Shown here piece by piece: positions 20,550-30,382 of a stretch of 64,000 nucleotides of DNA. Each line of letters begins with the position of its first letter. The stretch's first letter is position 1. The position numbers were made by a program, and so were the translations under genes. Location: the IMG/VR virus record IMGVR_UViG_3300043093_000048, positions 160,001 to 224,000 of that record; one strand, written 5' to 3'. The notes beneath the pieces were generated by a model, which did no database searches, had not been told where the DNA came from, and saw nothing but the letters and a program-made list of their open reading frames with translations. This stretch comes from a virus (taxonomy: Duplodnaviria; Caudoviricetes).

Positions 20550-21230
20550 ATGAAATCTGAAATACATGAAGAACATGAATTCTATGATAAAAATAAGGAT
20601 AAAGACAAAAAAGATAAAAATGAATGTCAGGTATATTGTGTACCTAATCTTAAAGATATTATAGAAAATTATAAGAATATAGATAATAATGATCCATATT
20701 CAATTGATAAAGCTAACTGGAGTTTTACTTATAATCAATTACAATGCGTTAAGAATTTTCCAGAAAAAGAAGCAGAAGAATTTATTAAGAATAATTTAAA
20801 TTCAGAAGATATAATTCATCCAAAAGTATTACAACAACTAATAGAAGAAAAAGTAAATGATTTAATAGATAATGGAGAAGATATTTCTAATAAATTGGTA
20901 ACTGCTAGAATTTCATTAGATAATGATTTTAATAGAGTTATTAATATTGATGCAAATGAAAATGCTAATTTTTCTAATTGCATGGTTGAAAGTGTAAATG
21001 TTGAATTACCACCTTTTAATGATTTAATTAAAGAGCAAATTAAATTATTATGTAATACTATGATGTGTGGTTATTTAGATGATGAAGAATTAGAAGAATT
21101 TATTGAAGAAAGAATTGAAGACTATAAAGAAAGTCCCTATACAACAGATTGGTTAGAAGGTTATATTGAAGGATTCTTAGATAATGATGGATATATCAAT
21201 GGAATTATTGAAGGCTTTAATAATGATTAA
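20550..21230 (+). CDS. Acidic hypothetical protein, C-terminal LEGYIEG motif
   Basis: 226 aa, AAGGAG RBS. Confidence 0.7.
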   Translation: MKSEIHEEHEFYDKNKDKDKKDKNECQVYCVPNLKDIIENYKNIDNNDPYSIDKANWSFTYNQLQCVKNFPEKEAEEFIKNNLNSEDIIHPKVLQQLIEEKVNDLIDNGEDISNKLVTARISLDNDFNRVINIDANENANFSNCMVESVNVELPPFNDLIKEQIKLLCNTMMCGYLDDEELEEFIEERIEDYKESPYTTDWLEGYIEGFLDNDGYINGIIEGFNND

Positions 21231-21298
21231 CAGATTATTATTGTATTATTTTTACCGCAGATACAATAAACCATGTATAAAGGGGATGAAAAAATTTT

Positions 21299-21445
21299 AT
21301 GTATGAACCAACATTCGAAGATATGTTAAAAGATATTAATAAAGATCTACCAGAATCTGAAATAACTAATCATTTTAAAGGACAAGATGATCGTGGTTGG
21401 TACACTGGAGAATGTAATTATCAATACAAAGATTGGAATGATTAA
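21299..21445 (+). CDS. Small hypothetical protein (48 aa, not in ORF track)
   Basis: MYEPTFEDMLKDINKDLPE...KDWND; AGGGG upstream; followed by a terminator hairpin. Confidence 0.55.
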   Translation: MYEPTFEDMLKDINKDLPESEITNHFKGQDDRGWYTGECNYQYKDWND

Positions 21446-21487
21446 TAATAAAAGAAATAAAGCTTATTAAGCTTTATTTCTTTTTTT

Positions 21488-22828
21488 TTATTTACTATTT
21501 TTTAAATCTTTTAAGAATTGATCCAATTCTTTTTCAGATTTACTATCTTCTCCCATTAATAAATTAATTCTATTTAATATACCCATATCTGCATAACATA
21601 CAACTGTATAAGTAGTATTTACCATAGGATTCTTAGTTTTAAGAATTAAATCTTTTTCATCAACTTCATAATTTTCTGGGAATAATAATCTACCATTAAT
21701 ATATAAATCTATTGTAAATACTTTACTCATTTTAATTTTATATTTCTTTAATAAATCACAAGCTTTATGTACATTTAAAGGTAATACTGATTTAAGGTCA
21801 ACTTCATCATATTCAACATTAACTTCAGGCAAGAAGTTTCTTTTCATTAGAATATTTCTATTATCTTTAGTATATGGTATATAATCTTCATTCATAACCA
21901 ATGAGAATCTATAAGTACCATCTTCATAATCATTAGGATTAGTTAATTTTACATTCTTAAATCTTTCCATATTATCTAATTCCATAATAAATGTTGATGG
22001 TGTCCATAATTCAGCTGTTATATTATATTCAATTTGAGAATTTTGAATAACATTTTGTCTCATATTTCTATTTTGATTAGACATATCAGGATAGTTTATT
22101 AATATATTAGCAGGATATCTGAACATAAATCGATTATTACCAGTGCTTAAATCTTTAGCCATATAAATACCATTATAAGAATATTGTAACATAAAATCTT
22201 CCATACGTTCTAAATCTGCATTTTCATTTAAATTATAATTAAGCCTATTTGCAATATTTTGAATTATAAATGGAGGTACTTGTGTTTGCACGAATACTTT
22301 ATTAAGAAAAAACCATCCATTAGTTTGGAAATTCTGATCTATATAGGAAATAGTATTCCATCCTTGAAGCTCTGAGTTAACCCTAATACCTATTCTAAAA
22401 TTAATTTTAGTTCTTTTAAAAGCATTAAATATTCTTATACCAGTATTTTGATCTTCAAATATAAGATTATAATTCTTTCTTAATTTTTTTAAATAAACCC
22501 AAGAAGTATCAGTAAATAATGTAGGTAAATCTCCCATATATCCTTGCGTTAAATCAAATTGAGGTTGAATAAATAAATAAGGACGTTTTTTAACTTCAAA
22601 GTAATCTTTTTGAATAGCACTTGCAGCCATTGTAGTTGATATATAAGTTTCCTTAAAGAAGCTTTCAGGAAATTTAGATTTAAAATATTCAGTAATATAA
22701 CTAGTAACTGAACCAATAATTGATGATAAAGAATTGGTTGAACTACATACTGAAATAGTGCTATAAGTTTGATTTACTATTTTTTCTTGATTAGCTGGAT
22801 TTCCAAAAGTAATATTCATATAAAACAC
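21488..22828 (-). CDS. Probable virion structural (neck/tail completion-like) protein
   Basis: 446 aa; late promoter 22849-22860. Confidence 0.5.
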   Translation of the reverse strand: MFYMNITFGNPANQEKIVNQTYSTISVCSSTNSLSSIIGSVTSYITEYFKSKFPESFFKETYISTTMAASAIQKDYFEVKKRPYLFIQPQFDLTQGYMGDLPTLFTDTSWVYLKKLRKNYNLIFEDQNTGIRIFNAFKRTKINFRIGIRVNSELQGWNTISYIDQNFQTNGWFFLNKVFVQTQVPPFIIQNIANRLNYNLNENADLERMEDFMLQYSYNGIYMAKDLSTGNNRFMFRYPANILINYPDMSNQNRNMRQNVIQNSQIEYNITAELWTPSTFIMELDNMERFKNVKLTNPNDYEDGTYRFSLVMNEDYIPYTKDNRNILMKRNFLPEVNVEYDEVDLKSVLPLNVHKACDLLKKYKIKMSKVFTIDLYINGRLLFPENYEVDEKDLILKTKNPMVNTTYTVVCYADMGILNRINLLMGEDSKSEKELDQFLKDLKNSK

Positions 22829-22875
22829 TTCCTTTCTTTTATATTTAATAAAGAGATGTTGAATTATAAAAAATT

Positions 22876-22910
22876 ATATACCCTTATGGAATAAATCCAT
22901 AAGGGTATAT
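22876..22910 (-). terminator. Terminator downstream of tRNA
   Basis: ATATACCCTTATGGA/TCCATAAGGGTATAT. Confidence 0.75.
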
Positions 22911-22980
22911 TGAAACTTTTCTACTATCATTATTTTTTACCATAAAAGGAGTCATCATAAAATAAAAAGGAGGAGACTCA

Positions 22981-23068
22981 TGGTGGATGAGGTAGGAATC
23001 GAACCTACGGTGTTTCAAGTGTAACAGATTTACAGTCTGCCGTCATCGCCAACTAGACATACTCATCC
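22981..23068 (-). tRNA. tRNA-Tyr(GUA) with encoded CCA
   Basis: GGATGAG/CTCATCC acceptor stem, GCAGA-CTGTAAA-TCTGT anticodon arm, long variable arm, GTTCGATTC T-loop, ACCA end; late promoter 23074-23085. Confidence 0.95.
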
Positions 23069-23163
23069 ATTTATATAAATTTGTTATTATATATTTTTAT
23101 AATTAATTTTTTTATATTAAAAATAACATTTATATAAATAATATAAAAAAGGAGCTGAAAATT

Positions 23164-23685
23164 ATGGAAGAAAATGCAATAGATATTAATGAAACAACTT
23201 CTAAAGAAGATAAAGAATTTGAACAACCAGATGTTGAAATTTTTGATAGCTTTGAAAATTTCGATGTTTTAACTGATTTAGTATTTGAAGGTAAAGAAGA
23301 TGTTAATCTTAGAGATATTGATTATATGTGCAATTATATTTCTAAATATGAAGGTTGTGAAAATTGTATACTAAATTCTGGAAGGGTATGTGGCTTTGCT
23401 CTTCTATTAAAGAAATTTGGTACGACTAGTAGTTTAAATAATAATATCTTAAATTGGCTTAATGATAATCCGCCGACAAGTTTCTTAATGGATATTAAAG
23501 AAAAAATGCCTAATGTAGATATTGATGATTATAATATACCAAATTTTTGTGTACAAAGTATTTATGGGAAAGATTGTTGTGAATGTCTTATAGAAGATTC
23601 TAGTAAATTTGATAAGAAAGATATTTTATGTAGAAAGTGTTGGAGAACACCTATGGAAGAAGAAATTAGAAAAGATTATCATTAA
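23164..23685 (+). CDS. Cys-rich hypothetical protein
   Basis: CENC, CRKCW; late promoter 23125-23136. Confidence 0.7.
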   Translation: MEENAIDINETTSKEDKEFEQPDVEIFDSFENFDVLTDLVFEGKEDVNLRDIDYMCNYISKYEGCENCILNSGRVCGFALLLKKFGTTSSLNNNILNWLNDNPPTSFLMDIKEKMPNVDIDDYNIPNFCVQSIYGKDCCECLIEDSSKFDKKDILCRKCWRTPMEEEIRKDYH

Positions 23686-23727
23686 AAATAACTCTTAAGG
23701 AATATAATTTCCTTAAGAGTTTTATTA

Positions 23728-24390
23728 TCAAGAATTAGAATGAGTATGATTAATATAATCACTAATAATAGTATCTACTGAAGAAGCTATTAATGAATCA
23801 ATATATTCTTTAAGATTAGCATAACTAGATACTAAGTCTTCATCTAAGAAGTCCATAATATTTTCAATATTTTCTTCATCTGTGTCTAATCTTTCATTAA
23901 TATCATCAATAGTACTAATTTTATTTTCTTTAAACTTATAAATCTTATTAGTATTCGTAACTGTTTTATCTTCATCTACTTCAATAATATCAGTTAATAT
24001 TTCATTATTATTTTCCACTAAAGCTGAAGTATCTTCAATATTAAGATTTTCATCTAAATTTCTTAATAAAGCATAATCATGTGAAGACATTAAGCCATTA
24101 TCTGAAGCTGTTGATAAATCGGATTTACTTCTAGATTTTAAATAATTATCAGTGCTATTATAGAATATTTGTGTATCACCGCCATTATATCTTAATAATA
24201 ATGCTCTATTAGCACTTGAAGTATCATTCATATTATCGACTACATATGCTACATAATTATCCGAATTTAATTCTAATGTTTGTATGGTATCTTCAAGATA
24301 ATCATTAAAATCTTCAGGTGTTTTTGTAGTATCTGAAGTATTATCAGTTATAATTCTAAATTCTAATTCAATTGAATTACTATCCGCCAT
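23728..24390 (-). CDS. Probable tail fibre/baseplate-associated protein
   Basis: ASDNGLMSSHD resembles the DGLMSxxDK fibre motif; C-terminal coiled coil and NHTH. Confidence 0.45.
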   Translation of the reverse strand: MADSNSIELEFRIITDNTSDTTKTPEDFNDYLEDTIQTLELNSDNYVAYVVDNMNDTSSANRALLLRYNGGDTQIFYNSTDNYLKSRSKSDLSTASDNGLMSSHDYALLRNLDENLNIEDTSALVENNNEILTDIIEVDEDKTVTNTNKIYKFKENKISTIDDINERLDTDEENIENIMDFLDEDLVSSYANLKEYIDSLIASSVDTIISDYINHTHSNS

Positions 24391-24409
24391 TTATATCATC
24401 TCCTTAATT

Positions 24410-24958
24410 TTAATTATAAGACCATTTAATTTTAGTAGATACATTAACTTTAGAAGTATTTCTAGTATTATTTTCACTTTCAACTTTAATAGTAGTAACT
24501 CCATCAACTTTATTACTTTCAATTAATGCAATAGATTCTCCTTCAGTTAAGAATAATACATTTTCATAAATACAATTATTAGGATTATCATTTAAAAATG
24601 ATACTAATACTTTTTCACCAACATCTGGTACTACTTCTTTAATAAATTCTTCCTTAGTAGTAGTTGTAGTACTTCTATCTAGTAATACTCTAGCATATAC
24701 ATATTCTTGTTTATCTATTTTAGTAGTTAATTTTACATCATCATTTAATAAATGACTTGTTGATATATCTACTGAGCTATCTATATTATTAATTGCAGGA
24801 TTATACATATAACCAAATAATTCTGGAATAAATACTTTTATTTGTAAGGTATTTTCAAATTCTGAGTTATCTAATACATAACCTATATAATAACCACTAA
24901 AATTAAATCTATCTATAATTTTATTTTCAAATAAACTATAATTATTCAATAAAATCAC
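24410..24958 (-). CDS. Baseplate spike gp5/gpV OB-fold protein
   Basis: YIGYVLDN...IKVFIPEL...VPDVGEKVLVSFLNDNPNNCIY. Confidence 0.7.
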   Translation of the reverse strand: MILLNNYSLFENKIIDRFNFSGYYIGYVLDNSEFENTLQIKVFIPELFGYMYNPAINNIDSSVDISTSHLLNDDVKLTTKIDKQEYVYARVLLDRSTTTTTKEEFIKEVVPDVGEKVLVSFLNDNPNNCIYENVLFLTEGESIALIESNKVDGVTTIKVESENNTRNTSKVNVSTKIKWSYN

Positions 24959-25070
24959 TCCTTTATAATGAAAAGTTTAAATAAGAATTTATTTAAAATA
25001 TATATTATTTTATTGTATTTAAAAATAATTTTTAAATATAATAATTAATTATTAAAAGGAGGAAAAAAAA

Positions 25071-26297
25071 ATGATATTAACTAACGAACAAGAAATAGCT
25101 ATTGAAAAAGCTAAAAAATGGTATCTAAGTGATAATAGAAAACCATTTGTAATTATGGGAGGTGCAGGAACTGGTAAAAGTACAATTGTTAAGTATATTA
25201 TTGAATCAATTGGTATTGATAAAGAAGTTAATACTAAATATGTAACATATACAGGTAAAGCAGCTTCAGTATTAATCAAGAAAGGTAATAAAACTGCAAC
25301 AACTATTCATAAACTCATTTATGATCCAATATTTGATAAAGATGGTAATGTAATTGGTTTTGATTTAAAAGAATCTTTAGATGAATTTATTAAATTAATT
25401 ATTGTAGATGAATTCTATATGGTTAATAATCAAATAATGAAAGATCTTTTATCATTTGGTATTAAAATTATTTGTCTAGGTGATAATAATCAATTACCAC
25501 CACCATTTGGAGAAGTAAATGAATTATGTCAAAATCCAGATGCTTTATTAACTGAACCATTGAGACAATCATTAGATAATCCAATTATTTATTTAGCAGA
25601 ACAAGCTAGAAAACATAAATTCTTAAAAGTTGGTAATTATGGAGATGGTATTAATGTAATTAGAAAATCAGATTTAGATTTAGAACGTTTAATGAATTGT
25701 GATCAAATAATTGCAGGTAAAAATGATACAGTTAAAAAACTTAATAGTTTTTATAGAAATAATTTTAAAGGAATTAATAAAGATATTTGGATGCCTCAAA
25801 AAGGAGAAAAACTTATTTGCTTGAAGAATAATTGGAATTTAATTTGTAGTGAAGAAAAACTTCAAACTAACTTAGTAAATGGATTAGGAGTTATTTTAGA
25901 GGATGATTTAGAAGTTTATAATTCTACAAAACATGGTTTAGCAACAGTTAGACCAGATTTTTATAATGACCATGCATTTAAGAAAATTATTATTGATCTT
26001 CTTTATTTTGAATTTAATTTTAATAAAGAAGAAGATCTTTATAATTCTGATAATATTAAGAACTATAATTATGGTGAATACTTAAAGAAAAGAAAAATAT
26101 TCTTTGATAATCAATTAAATAAGATTAATAAATTTACATTTGGATATGCAATAACTTGTCATAAATCACAAGGTTCTGAATGGGATGATGTTTATTTTAT
26201 TTTTGAGCCATTTAAAGGTTATAAAGATCCTTTATACTGGCAGATGCTATATACAGGTATTACAAGAGCATCTAAAAAATTAACTGTTTGTATTTAA
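25071..26297 (+). CDS. SF1B Dda/RecD-like helicase
   Basis: GGAGTGKS, TIHKL, IVDE, GDNNQL, YAITCHKSQGSE, LYTGITRA; early promoter 25001-25008. Confidence 0.93.
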   Translation: MILTNEQEIAIEKAKKWYLSDNRKPFVIMGGAGTGKSTIVKYIIESIGIDKEVNTKYVTYTGKAASVLIKKGNKTATTIHKLIYDPIFDKDGNVIGFDLKESLDEFIKLIIVDEFYMVNNQIMKDLLSFGIKIICLGDNNQLPPPFGEVNELCQNPDALLTEPLRQSLDNPIIYLAEQARKHKFLKVGNYGDGINVIRKSDLDLERLMNCDQIIAGKNDTVKKLNSFYRNNFKGINKDIWMPQKGEKLICLKNNWNLICSEEKLQTNLVNGLGVILEDDLEVYNSTKHGLATVRPDFYNDHAFKKIIIDLLYFEFNFNKEEDLYNSDNIKNYNYGEYLKKRKIFFDNQLNKINKFTFGYAITCHKSQGSEWDDVYFIFEPFKGYKDPLYWQMLYTGITRASKKLTVCI

Positions 26298-26387
26298 TAA
26301 AAATTATTTATACCTTTAATACTTCGGTATTAAAGGTTTTATTTTAAAGGTAACAATCAATTAAATTCCTAGGAGGTACAAGGAAAA

Positions 26388-27653
26388 ATGAAAACTATGC
26401 GTGAAACTTTAGATGACATTAAATCTGGCTCAACATCAGCTAGAAAGATAACAAATATGAATAAAGGATTAAAAACAATGCAAAGTAGATCCAGTAATAA
26501 ATTTAAAGGATTTACCATTGATTTGAACAATCCAACAAATGAAATGTTTAATGATATTGATTCAATGATTAATGAATGGGAATTCAAGATTAAAGATGAA
26601 TATGGTATCATTAATAAAAACTTCTTTGAAGATGGTAAAGGAAGATGTGAATTTTGTGGCAAAGTAGGTTGTAAATCATTATATAGAATTGTAAACCATA
26701 AAACTAATAAAAGTATGGAAATAGCATCACAATGTATTAAATTATATCAAATTCCAACTTATATTGATGGAGAACCAATTTCTATTGAAGAAGGTTTTGA
26801 TTATATTAATAAACTTAATGATATTTCAAAAAGTGAATATGGTAAGTTATTTACAATTTGTAATCAAAATAATTTAATAATTCTTAATAATAATCCTAAA
26901 TACAAAGAAGAATATTTAAATTATCTTAAAGATTATGGAAGAATTATTTATAGCGTAATTGATAAAACTGAGAGAGAAGGTAAAATTCCAGATAAGGAAG
27001 AATTGAATGAAGTATTTGATGCTCATCACTCTTTTTATATTTTCTCAAAAGATATGAATAATGAAGGATTAGTAACCTTCGTTCCAGGTGCTGCAGCAGT
27101 ATTAAATAATACTTTTAAATATTCAGCAAAATTTAAAGTTATTTTAAATAATTTATTAGCAGAATATTGTAGAAATAATACTGAAGATAAAAAGTTTAAT
27201 TTCTATAATGCAGCTAAAAAAGCTTTTGATATAACTAAAGATTTTAATTGTTTTGATATTTATTCAATAGCTTCTGTAAGATTTTGGACTAAAGAAAGAT
27301 TTGTTAAAGAATCTAATAGACCAAATATATTTGATTTAGTTGGTTTAATAGTATTAATGCCAAATAATAAAAAAGAAGCAACTGATGTTTTTAAAATGTA
27401 TAAATTCCCTCAAGAAGTTTTAGGAAAAACGACTCTTAAAGAATATGTTTCAAAGTATGTTGAATCATTATATAAAAATATCATTAAAAAGGATGATTTA
27501 AATGAATTTGATAAATTCATTATTATGATTCATGATGAAGTTATTGGAACTATCATGCCTTCTTTCTTGAAAGATAGAGATGATAGAATTGAAAATAAAA
27601 ATAATAAACCTAAGAAAAATATTCGTCATAAGAGTAGAAATAATTTAGTATAA
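26388..27653 (+). CDS. Hypothetical protein with putative Zn-binding CEFC...C motif
   Basis: 421 aa, AGGAGG RBS, late promoter 26352-26363. Confidence 0.7.
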   Translation: MKTMRETLDDIKSGSTSARKITNMNKGLKTMQSRSSNKFKGFTIDLNNPTNEMFNDIDSMINEWEFKIKDEYGIINKNFFEDGKGRCEFCGKVGCKSLYRIVNHKTNKSMEIASQCIKLYQIPTYIDGEPISIEEGFDYINKLNDISKSEYGKLFTICNQNNLIILNNNPKYKEEYLNYLKDYGRIIYSVIDKTEREGKIPDKEELNEVFDAHHSFYIFSKDMNNEGLVTFVPGAAAVLNNTFKYSAKFKVILNNLLAEYCRNNTEDKKFNFYNAAKKAFDITKDFNCFDIYSIASVRFWTKERFVKESNRPNIFDLVGLIVLMPNNKKEATDVFKMYKFPQEVLGKTTLKEYVSKYVESLYKNIIKKDDLNEFDKFIIMIHDEVIGTIMPSFLKDRDDRIENKNNKPKKNIRHKSRNNLV

Positions 27654-27669
27654 AAAGGAGATTAATAAA

Positions 27670-27909
27670 ATGCTTAAGGTAATTTTAGTATTGTTAATTA
27701 TTGCATTATTATATGCTTTAAATGGAATTAGAAAGAATATTAAGTATAATAAAGTTGTATCTGAATATAATAAAATCTTTGAAAAGTATGAAAAGCTTAA
27801 GAGAAGATATGAGGATAATGATGAAAGTGTTAAAGAAGAATTAAATGATCTTGAATTTAAGTTAAATGATCTTGAAGCTCAATTAAGAGTACTTGATTGT
27901 GGTTTTTAA
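27670..27909 (+). CDS. Small membrane-anchored coiled-coil protein
   Basis: N-terminal TM helix followed by coiled coil. Confidence 0.65.
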   Translation: MLKVILVLLIIALLYALNGIRKNIKYNKVVSEYNKIFEKYEKLKRRYEDNDESVKEELNDLEFKLNDLEAQLRVLDCGF

Positions 27910-28019
27910 TTAATTAGGGCTAAGTGAAATATTAATCAAATATTTTGCTTAGCTCTTTTTTTATTTATATATTATTTAAATGGTGTTAAAAACACTAATA
28001 AAATTCATTAAGGAGGATA

Positions 28020-30365
28020 ATGATGAATAAAAGTAATCATTACAATGAAAATTCAATTAAGGTTTATGAATATCCAGAAAATATTCAGAATAAGCCAACT
28101 ATGTACATCGGAAATATTGGAATGGAAGGTTGTACTCATTTAATTAGAGAATTAATGGATAATTCTATTGATGAATGCTTAAATGGTTTTGGTAATAAAA
28201 TTATTATTAAAATCTCTAATAAAAAAGGTTCTGCTTCAGTAGAAGATTTTGGTCGTGGTATTCCACCTACAGCTATTGAAAAAGCATTTTGTACGCTCCA
28301 TGCATCAGGTAAATTTGATAATAATGAATATTCAGCATCTGCTGGTACAAATGGTGTAGGAACTACTGCAGTAAATGCACTATCAAAATCATTTATTGTA
28401 GAAAGTGTTAGAGAAAATAAACATTATATTCAGAAATTTAGTAATGGTCTTCCAATTACTAAATTAAAATGCACTGGTGATTCAGATAAATCATCTGGTA
28501 CTAAAGTTTATATTGAACCTAATAAAGATTTTATGGAAGAAGTTAATTTTGATTTTGAAACTATTAAATTTGAACTTGAAACTAAGAAATATGTCTTAAA
28601 GAATGTAGAATTCATTTTAATTAATGAAGATACTAATGAAGAATTTAAGTTTCTTTCAGCTAATGGTATTGATGATTATATTAAAGATAACATTAAAGAA
28701 TCAATATGTAGAACTATTAAAATCTCAAATGATGTTGAATTTAATAAAAGAAATAAAACATCTAAGTTTAATGTAGAATTAGCTTTTTCATATGATAAGA
28801 AATCACGCACTAATATTATTTCTTTCTGTAATTCATTATTAATGAGAGAAGGAGGTATTCAAGAAACAACTTTTAAAACTTCTCTAACAAGATTCTTTAA
28901 AAGCTATATAGAAAATAATAATCTATTAGCTAAAAAGGATGAAGGACTCTTAGATAAAATTAATGGTGATCATGTAACTGATGGCTTAGTAGCTATTATT
29001 AGTATTAGACATCCTGATCCATTATTTGAAAATCAGACTAAGAATAAATTAAAGTCTAAAGAAATTGGATTAATTTCTAAACTTATTTCAGAAGCTCTTG
29101 ATAATTTTGCTAGTTCTAACGCAAAAGATATAAAGAATATTTGTAATAAAATTATTATTAGTGTTAAAGCTTATGAAGCAGCTAAAAAGGCTAGAGAGAC
29201 CGTTCAGAAAAAAGGAGAAAATCAATTCGCTATTGTAAGTGATCTTTCTAAATTAGCTAATTGTATTTCAAAAGATACAGAAGTTAATGAAATATTTATT
29301 ACTGAAGGACGTTCAGCATCTGGTACAGCAAAAGAAGCTAGAGATAAAAATACTCAAGCAGTTTATAGCTTAAGAGGTAAAATGCTTAATACTATTGGTA
29401 TGGATACTTTAAAAGTTCTTGCTAATAAAGAATGTGCTGATTTAGCTTATATTTTAACAGGTATTAAAAATGCCATCGATGATAATTTTAATATTGACTA
29501 TTTAAAATATGGAAAAGTTATAATGTTATGCGATGCAGATGTTGATGGATATCATATTAGTATGCTTGGTCTAACTTATATATTTGAACATATGAGATCA
29601 ATTATTACAGAAGGTCATATGTATATAGCTATTCCACCTTTATATTCTATTATTGAAAAAGGTAAGAAAAGATATTTCGTAGATCAGTATGAATATGACC
29701 AGTATATTTATGAAAAGATTCTTAAGAATTATAAATTCATTGAAAACAATAAACCTGTTAAAACTATTAAGAAACTTACAAGAATATTTGAAGAATATGA
29801 TAAGATTTCTAAATATATTGAAGAGATTGTCAATAATAATATTGGTGTTAGTAAGGAATTAATTTTTAGTCTTTTTAATTATTTATTAGATAATGATTAT
29901 ACTAAAGAAAATATTGTTAAATTTTTAAAAGGTTGTAATGATATTATTCTTAATGATAAAAAGTATGAAGGATTCTTTAATGAAAATTATGTATATTTTA
30001 CGTTAAATAATATTATTAGTATTTTTAATAATATCTTTAAATATGCTAATGATAATAATATTTCATTCAGTGATATATATTATAATAATGATCAAAGTGA
30101 TAATTATAATCCTTTTAATATCAGTGTTTATGATGAAATCATTTCAGTAGTAACTCCTAAAAGCAGAGTTCGCTTAAAAGGACTTGGAGAAATGGATGCT
30201 GATGAATTAAGAGATACAACACTTGATAAAGAAAAAAGAAATATTTATAAAATTGAAATTCCAGATGTTAAAAAAGCAGAGGAATCAATGAATAACTTTA
30301 TGAATGGTAATTCTAAGTATGTTGATTTTAGAAAGAATATACTTTTAATTAAACAGTCAAACTAA
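28020..30365 (+). CDS. gyrB: DNA gyrase / type IIA topoisomerase subunit B
   Basis: PTMYIG, ELMDNSIDE, DFGRGIP, HASGKF, EGRSA, LRGK, DADVDG, RLKGLGEM. Confidence 0.96.
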   Translation: MMNKSNHYNENSIKVYEYPENIQNKPTMYIGNIGMEGCTHLIRELMDNSIDECLNGFGNKIIIKISNKKGSASVEDFGRGIPPTAIEKAFCTLHASGKFDNNEYSASAGTNGVGTTAVNALSKSFIVESVRENKHYIQKFSNGLPITKLKCTGDSDKSSGTKVYIEPNKDFMEEVNFDFETIKFELETKKYVLKNVEFILINEDTNEEFKFLSANGIDDYIKDNIKESICRTIKISNDVEFNKRNKTSKFNVELAFSYDKKSRTNIISFCNSLLMREGGIQETTFKTSLTRFFKSYIENNNLLAKKDEGLLDKINGDHVTDGLVAIISIRHPDPLFENQTKNKLKSKEIGLISKLISEALDNFASSNAKDIKNICNKIIISVKAYEAAKKARETVQKKGENQFAIVSDLSKLANCISKDTEVNEIFITEGRSASGTAKEARDKNTQAVYSLRGKMLNTIGMDTLKVLANKECADLAYILTGIKNAIDDNFNIDYLKYGKVIMLCDADVDGYHISMLGLTYIFEHMRSIITEGHMYIAIPPLYSIIEKGKKRYFVDQYEYDQYIYEKILKNYKFIENNKPVKTIKKLTRIFEEYDKISKYIEEIVNNNIGVSKELIFSLFNYLLDNDYTKENIVKFLKGCNDIILNDKKYEGFFNENYVYFTLNNIISIFNNIFKYANDNNISFSDIYYNNDQSDNYNPFNISVYDEIISVVTPKSRVRLKGLGEMDADELRDTTLDKEKRNIYKIEIPDVKKAEESMNNFMNGNSKYVDFRKNILLIKQSN

Positions 30366-30382
30366 GGAGGAAAATAAAATAA

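Noticed and set aside
21223-21306. 27-codon ORF overlapping the end of 20550-21230
   Set aside because: Too short and lacks independent support.
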